This document shows positions 54,501-64,000 of a stretch of 64,000 bases of DNA, one piece after another. Numbering within the stretch: the stretch's first letter is position 1; each line of letters opens with the position of its first letter. Origin of the DNA: Eledone cirrhosa (taxonomy: Eukaryota). The position numbers and the translations under genes are program-made. The stretch lies in NCBI GenBank assembly GCA_964016885.1, contig OZ024740.1, positions 117,366,001 to 117,430,000 of the forward strand, in the 5' to 3' direction. Below the pieces are notes generated by a model that was not told the DNA's origin, searched no databases, and saw only the letters and a list, made by a program, of their open reading frames with translations.

Positions 54501-56430
54501 TATATATTTGGGTTGTGATTAGCCCCAAACTTTGTCTTTACGCAGGTTTACTCGATAGCATGTCTATTTGTGAGTATATATGTACTTGTGTCTGCGCATT
54601 GTTGCTTGCACATGTACTTCAAGGTGTGTGTGTGTGTATCTATGTGTGTGTATGTATGTGTGTGTGTACCTGTGTGTGATATGCGTCATCATGAGAGTTT
54701 ACTCATTTAGTAATTTACTTTACATGTATTTGCATGTGTTTGTATTATTGTGCAAACGGCAAATTGGCAGACTCGTTAGAACGTCGGGTAGCAAGCTTTG
54801 CCGTATTCGTTCCGGTTTTCTTCTCTTTCAGTTCAAATCCCGCCGAAGTCAACTTTGCCTTTCTTCCGTTCAAATTCGATCAAATAGTACCAGTCTAATA
54901 CTGAGGTCAACTCTTCATCTATATCTCTATATCACTACCTTTCTCTCATTTTCTTTCCTTCCATGGAAGAAATCTGCTGTATTTAGAACTGGAGATAAAT
55001 CAGCGTGTTTAAAATAAATGCCTTAGAAAAGCCGTATGTCAATACGACGCCCCTACAAGTTCTCCAGGTGTTACGGGTCTAAAGGAGGAGGGAAGGAAGA
55101 AAGGTAAGTATAATTGTGCATGTGGACATTCTTGCTCATGTGAGTGATTCTGTGATTATGTGAGTGCGCGCCCGAGTGTGTGTGTGTTTGTTTGTGTGTG
55201 TGCGTGTGTCTAAACTTGAGTGGGTTTGCATAGAAGCGAGCGGGAGTGTGTATGAATGTAAGTGCGTATATGTGCACGCAGAATTGAGCATGTGTTTAAT
55301 TATATTTTCATTTCTGCGTTTGTCTATATGAATATATATGTATGTGTGAGTATTTTAACGCTCAAAGGGTGAATATCTACCGCTGAATATGTGTATATGT
55401 GTACTGTGCACGTGTACTGTTATATGTGTATGTGTAGACGTATGCGTGTGTTAGCGCGTATGTGTATGTGTATGTGTGGGGTGGGGGACCTGGGTTTGTA
55501 TGTGTGTTTTTACACCTGCATAGATTTTCGTCTGTGATTTTTGCGAGAAGATAATTTTTTATATTGTGGAAGATTGTATGTATACGGGCACACTTGCATT
55601 TGCTTATGTTTATACGTATGTTGGATTTTACCGATAAGTCAGCGGGGTGGGGAGACATACCACTAATGACCCTATATTTTTTCCTCAGTCTCCTTGATGG
55701 AAGAGAGGTAGGGTGAATAAGCTCGAATATTGCAACAATGTAGGCTCAACTAATAGCCCCCACGAAAAGCGCACTAGAGTTATCCTGGGAGAGGGATTAA
55801 GTTAACCATCGAAGAACTCAGAACACAAAGTGCTGGAAGAAATATCTCAAGCCATTGCATTCGACATTTAGCATTTCCACGATCTGCCCTCCTTGACAAG
55901 GGCTTTACTTTATTGACCTCGAAAGGGAGGTGGGAAACATTAAAGTTGGAGGGAACGTGAGTGTTTAAAATGGGTGATTGTGCGTAGATATGTGACATAC
56001 ACCTGCACTTATTTACTCGTACTTTTTTGAGTAAATATAACCGTTTAAGTTAGATATAGTATACACACACTAGAGGAAGTGAATGTGGGTAGGCGTTAGC
56101 GTAACAGTAATTAACGAGGCGAAAGATAAATATTAAAATAATGTTAATTTTCTAAATTTTGCATACATTTCTAAATTAATTGAATTGTCAATAGTTATAA
56201 GATTGCTAAAACATAGTTGGGGATATCACTGCGCGCTAGCCTGAGCAAATGTACTATACTATAGAACATCGGGTTGACCAATACATCATGAAAGATATTT
56301 ACTTAATGGAGTTTATGCAGAAGTAAGAAATAAGTGTATGACGGATACTCCCGTGAAGATTCATCTGATTAGTGACCAGTTAATCATTAGCATTCTCAAG
56401 GAACTTCTGAAGTTGAATCAACTAACCCAT

Positions 56431-56601
<171 letters not shown>

Positions 56602-57064
56602 AACCAGTAAGACCCCGACAGCTGAGCTCAAGCCGTTTCGACGGCTAACTCCACCAGTTGCAGAGTGCGCATCAACATAAGATATTTTTCATATGAGATA
56701 TTTTTCTCCACAAAGTTCGATCACCTATATATATGTATATATAAATATAGGTTCGAGTGAAATCAGGTGGGTATTGGCTGTTTATTCTAGCAACTATATT
56801 ACTCGCCAAACATCCAGCCTTTACCACCCAACTGTCACCGTTATACCACCTGATAATTCTCCCTCCCGAGAATTTTACACTGGTAGCGGTCAGTTCAAGA
56901 ATTCGTTCTTTTATTGAGGGGTCTCTTGAAAAGCCGATAGTCTCACGGCCACGATGCACTTTAGTTGCACTCTAACTGCATACTAGTCGGCGAAACTCTA
57001 CAGTTGGGACTTTGAAGAAAAGATTACCTATAATTTGACTATTTTCTTTTCACATCCATGATTG

Positions 57065-57128
<64 letters not shown>

Positions 57129-57270
57129 AGTTTATGTTGGTTGTATACCAACACCTCAGTATGCAGGCTGGAGCACTCGACGAAGTGCGCAGGTTGGTTT
57201 GGTTACTCCGGAGTAGTGTAAAATAAAGTTAAATAAAAAGTCAAATGATTAAAATTTAGCTTCGTTTATT

Positions 57271-57325
57271 ACTGCTATATATATTTCAGTGACAGCCATC
57301 TTTGGCTGTGACCTCTTCAGGCAGT
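57271..57325 (-). ncRNA. Minimal type I hammerhead ribozyme in the inverted pLTR copy
   Basis: Exact reverse complement of 61030-61084. Confidence 0.85.
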
Positions 57326-57867
57326 TTGAATTAGTGTGGTATAGACAAGTACATATGTTGTTGAGGTGTATAATATTGTCAATACTCTGATATTTCCAGT
57401 TCCTGGTTGGGTTGTTATTTCACTGTGGAACTGGAATCATATGAATTCAAACAAACGAATTTCAGTGTCAAAGGTCCTCTTCTCCTCTCATTGGTCAGTT
57501 ATTAGAACATTCATCATTCTAAGTGTTGTTATTGTTGGAGTTAGCTTAAAAAATTGATAAAATGGTAGAAGGGACAAGCTGTTAAAGGAACAAATAACAA
57601 AAAAGTGTCAAACTTCCCATTGGTCAGTTCTGAGAGCATTCCTCAGTCAGAAGTCTATAGAATTCTTTCTGGGGTGAGGCTCCCTGTAGTGTTTTTGTTT
57701 GCGATTGTTAAATACATTTGACCTCTACCATTATTTTGGTAGTGTTGTTGGTGTTGTGGTCAGCTTATATCTTGCTGCTGCTAACAATTTAGAAGTATCC
57801 AGTGTGTGTTTTTTTCTTTTTTTCTTTTTTTCAAAAGAATACTGGATTCTTTTTTTTTTTTTTAAAA

Positions 57868-59833
57868 AGAATACTGGATAGGATTTTGCCCAAGCTTCGG
57901 AAGAAAACTAAATTACAGCAATGGTCATGCACGGGAGAAGTAATAGAATGGTTTAAAATACTGCATGAGAAAAGTAGGACCAGCTTTATACAACTGGACA
58001 TCGCAAGCTACTACTCCTCAATCTCACCCATAGTACTTAATAAGGCCCTATTTTTAGCGATGTCCAATACGGACCTAACCCGAGAGGAGGTGAGCATCAT
58101 CCACGCCGCAAGAAAGACCTTAATCCGCTTCGATGGAGACCTTTGGACCAGGAGTGATTGGCCAAATAACTTTGACATCACGATGGGCTCCAGCGACTCA
58201 GCGCAGGTAACGGACCTGGTTGGGCTCTACCTGCTGAACCAGATAAAAGATGAAATCCCCTGCCTGGTCGGCGGATTATATCGTGACGATGCTCTATTCA
58301 TAGTATATGACCACAGCACCAATATGTTGGAGGGTATGAGGAGGCGTATTCGCCATTTCTTTAAGAACCAGGGGCTCAGCATAGAAATAGACCCAAATAG
58401 GAAGGTAGTTAACTTCCTAGACACCACCCTAAACCTGAACACCGAGCAATACTACCCCTACCCTTCGTATATGTTAACGCCAAATCAAACCACCCTAGAT
58501 CCATAACCAAGGCAGTGGTGAAGAGTGTCTCGGACAGGATCTCCAGCCTGTCCGCAAGTAAGGAAATATTCAATAACCACGCGGAATATTACAACGCAGC
58601 TCTAAAGAAGGCGGCACATGGCCAAAATATAACATATAGTCCGAAAATCCGGGATGGGGATAGCCCAACAGACACCACAACCGCGTTGCCCGGGGGGGGG
58701 GGGCGGAGGGCGAACCCTAACAATACAGGCAGAGCAGAATCAAATAGGCACCACGTGCCCGACACCACCACACGGGCGGTGGGGACTAGTGCGCTTGACC
58801 ACGAGATGGAGCACAATATGAGTAGCAGTCTCAGGCGTGACGCTAACCACCCCAGGACAGACGACCCCAACCGCAGGACACGTAGGGGGGGGGGGGCGAC
58901 CACCCCATGATGGATCTCCCGGGGTGGACAACGACCACCCCACAAATTCGGACTGCGAAGATAACAAAAAGCATAGAGCCCAAAGGGGAAGCAACAGTGC
59001 GGAAACCACCAGCAACCCAAAAATCACGTGGTACAACCCACCCTACTCAGCGGCCCTAAAGAAAAGCTTGGCCCGATTATTCGTTGGAGCACTTGACAAA
59101 TGCTTCCTGAGGGACCACATATTCCACAGGATCTTCAACAGACACACTGTGAAGCTCTCGTATTCCACCACGAGAAATTTGGCCCAACACATAGCATCAA
59201 CAGAAGTAGGCTTAAAAACCACACACAACCAGAAGATGGCAATACAAACACTCAGCAGAACCATGTGAAAGGAGGGAAGGGGGGACCCAGAGCCCACCCA
59301 AGAAACCCAAACAGACCCGATGACCCCCCACCGAGCCTGGGGGAAGACCAGCATGTAACACATAACGGGAACCCTAATCTAGGCACGCAGAGGCCGACCA
59401 CCCTCTGCAACTGCAGAAACCCCGAAACATGCCCCCTTGGTAATGAATGCCTCAAGAAGAACCTAGTATTATCGGTTGTAGGGTTAAAACCCCCAACTCC
59501 GAACACCTCTACATAGGAGCCACATCAACGAGCTTTAAAGACCGCTGGTACAACCATCGCCATTCATTCAAGAAGGAGGCCAAAAGGAAAAGCACAGCTC
59601 TCTCCGACCTGATCTGGAAGCTTAAGCTGGACAGGACCCCATACTCTCTGGCCTGGTACATAATCAGGAAAGTACCACCCGATAAAGGCGGATCTTGCAT
59701 ATGCAAACTATGTCTGAACGAGACCCTCGAGATACTAAGAGGTGGAAGCGGCCTGATAAACCTCAGAACCGACTTCTTCGGGACATGCAGACACTTTAGA
59801 GCCGGGACCTTTCTCAAGTTATATGGACAGTAG
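57868..59833 (+). pseudogene. PLE reverse transcriptase + GIY-YIG endonuclease, about 4 frameshifts
   Basis: Motifs FIQLDIASYYSSI, MGSSDSAQVTDLVGLYLL, GLYRDD, VNFLDTTLNL, YVNAKSNHP, ITWYNPPYS, IFNRHTVKLSYS, CNCRNPETCPL, YIGATSTSFKDRWYNH, CKLC across ORFs 57802-58506, 58515-58910, 58837-59268, 59100-59516 and 59447-59833. Confidence 0.92.
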
Positions 59834-61029
59834 CAACACAAGAAGATGTGAACTCCCCTCAAGCTATAGGGACTTCTACAGAACATGAACACACCTCTCG
59901 GCCAGACCTCCCTCAAGCTATATGAGCAGTAACAACACCCTAGGTTGTGAACTCCCCTCAAGCAGTAGGGAACAACCCAGACTGAGCAGACACCATGATA
60001 GCCCAGAGATAGAATCGGACACAGCCATTATAATTTGGCCAACATCTATATAACACAAACAGTTTTTAATTTACTAGATTTCTGATTTTCAAGTTCCAAT
60101 TTTAAATCTTGATTTCTCTTTATTAATTTGTTATTTGTTTTCTGCCCTCTTCACTGTCTCACCTTATATTTATTTTTAAGTTAAGATTGATTATAACACA
60201 AACACATTTAGTTTGATTATCTTATCTTAACATCTTGTCCTCATACCAATCTATCCAACATATTTCTGACCTTGAGATTGGTTATAGCACACACACACTT
60301 TATCCTACATTATTTTTCACTTCTCCATATTCATTTTCATTACTTTTTCACCAATTTTTCATTTATTCTTTATTCTTTATTCTCTATTTATTTATTTATT
60401 TTCAAATTATACAAATTATATTAATTATTTTATATTATTTATTTATTTTCTGTTTTCTTCATTTATTGCCTTATATTTCTTCATATACATGGAAGAACCC
60501 CCCCCACCACTATGAAAGATGGTGGCAGGAGGGATGAAGAAAAAACACACACTGGATACTTCTAAATTGTTAGCAACAGCAATATATAAGCTGACCACAA
60601 CACCAACAACACTACCAAAATAATGGTAGAGGTCAAATGTACTTAACAATAGCAAACAAAAACACTACAGGGAGCCTCACCCCAGAAAGAATTCTATAGA
60701 CTTCTGACTGAGGAATGCTCTCAGAACTGACCAATGGGAAGTTTGACACTTTTTTTGTTATTTGTTCCTTTAACACCTTGTCCCTTCTACCATTTTATCA
60801 ATTTTTTAAGCTAACTCCAACAATAACAACACTTAGAATGAGGAATGTTCTAATAACTGACCAATGAGAGGAGAAGAGGACCTTTGACACTGAAATTCGT
60901 TTGTTTGAATTCATATGATTCCAGTTCCACAGTGAAATAACAACCCAACCAGGAACTGGGCATATCAGAGTATTGACAATATTATACACCTCAACAACAT
61001 ATGTACTTGTCTATACCATACTAATTCAA

Positions 61030-61084
61030 ACTGCCTGAAGAGGTCACAGCCAAAGATGGCTGTCACTGAAATATATATAGCAGT
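61030..61084 (+). ncRNA. Minimal type I hammerhead ribozyme in the 3' pLTR
   Basis: actgc-CTGAAGA-ggtcacagcca(aaga)tggctgtcact-GAAA-tatata-TA-gcagt. Stem I actgc/gcagt; AATAAA at 61085-61090. Confidence 0.85.
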
Positions 61085-61134
61085 AATAAACGAAGCTAAA
61101 TTTTAATCATTTGACTTTTTATTTAACTTTATAT

Positions 61135-61227
<93 letters not shown>

Positions 61228-61667
61228 GGTAAATAGAAATAACCACACAATCGGTACAGTATATGAAAGGAATATATTAAGTTAACGCTTGAAACATTAT
61301 ATTAGTCGCGCGTCTTATAAAAACTGCAAGTTTTATACGCATTTTAGGTCAGGGCAGTTATTCTCCATTAACACAGCTTGTATATGCGTCCTGCAGTGCC
61401 TAAATATCAATTTTGAATATCGGAAATGCTCGCTACTTCCGGCGCTCCTAAGCTATAAATAGGTATATATAAAAGTATAAACCCGGCCGCAAAACCTAGC
61501 ATTTTCGCTTTGTGTGTGGCAAGCCTTGAGAAGTCTTCCCACTAGCAAGACGAAAACACTAGGCACCAGGGTCGGGTCTATACCATCCTTTATACCCAAT
61601 CTGCTCCTTCCAACGCATAGAGTACTAACCTGAATTGTGACCTCCCCGGTTGCAACACCGCAGGCTT

Positions 61668-61870
<203 letters not shown>

Positions 61871-62087
61871 GCAAATATATATATATATTAGAAATTATGG
61901 AAAAAGATGAGTGTTGCCGTACATGTACGGCAACACTCATCTTTTTCCATTTCTCCGAGGGTTATAAATCCCACTATCACGCTAGAAATTTTTTTAGTCT
62001 AAAATACGGTGAAAGTTTATAATTTCTAATTTCAAACTCGCGCACCGTTTCAAAAACATACTTACATGTTTACGTTTATAATTTGCT

Positions 62088-62162
<75 letters not shown>

Positions 62163-62386
62163 CATTCATTTGATTTATTGATTTTTTGATTTTTTTTCTG
62201 GATGTCCCGAATCTTCCAGATCGCAATCTTTCGGTCGTACGGTTGATTATAGACTTGTTCTATGTGTGACGGTATTTTAACGATAGTTATAGTTCTGATT
62301 TATCTGAATTATTGAGCCCTCTGCCGCTCATATCGAATTTTGTTTATCGTGAACTCGTGCGCCGATTTTTCGATACTCGATTATTC

Positions 62387-62457
<71 letters not shown>

Positions 62458-63540
62458 TAATGGAAAAATTTGAACAGGGACAAAACAGAGAGGCAGTACA
62501 ACGAATGTTTATTAATTTCACGCTCTATTTCCCACCACAAAAGCTGAAGCACACACACGCACACATACACCACACTCCCCCCACATACACACAGGCACAT
62601 GTGTGTATCTTTTTATACAAACACTCTTACACGTACATACTCACACTCTCTAAAACCATATCCCCAAAATAGAATTTCTATTACAACCTTACTGTTGCCA
62701 ATCCTATAGAATTTGTCTCTAGCTTACAATTCCCCCCTCCCCCTTCTCCACTCCCATCTGAACTCTTGACCAGTCCACTAACACAATTGAGATACACACA
62801 TATTTACAAAATATTTCCTTTGTCCCTAAAAACAATTTTGTTCTATGTGAAGAAACAACTATCACCACTGCTGCTGCTACTATCACCTCTTTCTATATAC
62901 ACAAGAGTTCATTTTACAGTCTCCTTCTCAACAAGGAAGATGAAAAAACTTACCTCAACACTTAATTTTAAATCTTTAATTTTTAGTTTTTAATCCTTAT
63001 TAATTCTTTTTAATTGTAATACTCAACATTTGATCAGATGAATTTTAATAATAAATCGAAATCGGTAATACTTTATATACATTATAAAACTCTTTTTTTT
63101 AAAAGAATTGTCCCTCTCATTTTTTCAATAATGTCACAAGAAAAAGAAAAACAGACCCTTAATATATATTTTCAGTGTTATTTCCAATTTCACCTTCTCT
63201 CTATAACCACTGTTTTGTATAGAACCTTACTTCCCTTTTCTAACATTTATATTCGTACAACGAACTAACAAACCCACACGCCCAAAGTGTAACTTCGAAG
63301 AGCAAAGTAAAGTCGATCGACAGAGGATTGTAAAATCCGAAGGTTCAGGAATGTAAGAAAATAAGATGAGATACGTCAGCCCGGAACTCCTCAATATTTC
63401 TACCAATCTACCACCGAATGAAGTATTTATAAAAAGGAAGGTGAGTGCTGAGAAAACTGCCCCTCCCCACAACACACTCATGCACAAACACACATACGTT
63501 CACTCACAGATATATACATATACATATATATACGAAAATG

Positions 63541-63629
<89 letters not shown>

Positions 63630-63634
63630 CTGTA

Positions 63635-63668
<34 letters not shown>

Positions 63669-63850
63669 CTGTATATATATATATACATATATGTAAGAAA
63701 ATATGTAAATATCTATGTATATATTTATATGTATATGTATGTATGTATATATATATATATATATATATATGTATGAATATATATATATATATATATATAT
63801 GCATACACACATATATATACATATATATATTTGTGATATATCTATGTAAG

Positions 63851-63925
<75 letters not shown>

Positions 63926-64000
63926 CATTTACATATACATGTGTCTATCTCTCTATTGCTGTGGATGAGATTGTGTGTGTATGTGTGTATTACCAAGTAC

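Larger units (their letters stand above)
57127..61132 (+). mobile_element. Penelope-like retroelement (Hydra-clade-like), 5'-truncated, with inverted ~600 bp pseudo-LTR arms, flanked by (TA)n/(TG)n
   Basis: RT + GIY-YIG coding remnant at 57868-59833. 57223-57818 is the reverse complement of 60537-61132. Each arm carries a hammerhead followed by AATAAA. Confidence 0.9.

Noticed and set aside
57868-59833. Naiad-type selenoprotein PLE
   Set aside because: The endonuclease is C-terminal, and the breaks are frameshifts rather than in-frame TGA at Cys positions.

Overview
Eukaryotic, AT-rich, extremely microsatellite-dense intergenic/intronic DNA. The SINE types and TE mix are most consistent with an octopus-like cephalopod (inference). 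I cannot support any host protein-coding gene, and most ORF-track entries are (TA)n/(CA)n/(GA)n/trinucleotide artefacts. The window holds: three Penelope-like retroelements (PLEs, RT-thumb + C-terminal GIY-YIG) at ~41.2-43.8 kb, ~50.1-51.8 kb and ~57.1-61.1 kb; decayed LINEs (CR1/L2, Ingi/Vingi-like, RTE, CRE-like RLE, R4/Dong-like, Tx1-like); many tRNA-derived SINEs; and a Tc1/mariner-type MITE. The most interesting signal is a (TA)n-associated system. There are five apparently intact minimal type I hammerhead ribozymes plus four degenerate ones. Two PLEs are capped by inverted copies of their own ribozyme-bearing 3' ends, small non-coding TA-targeting elements occur as fold-back hairpins, and local inverted duplications are dense. 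All structures were read by eye, and boundaries of decayed elements are approximate.
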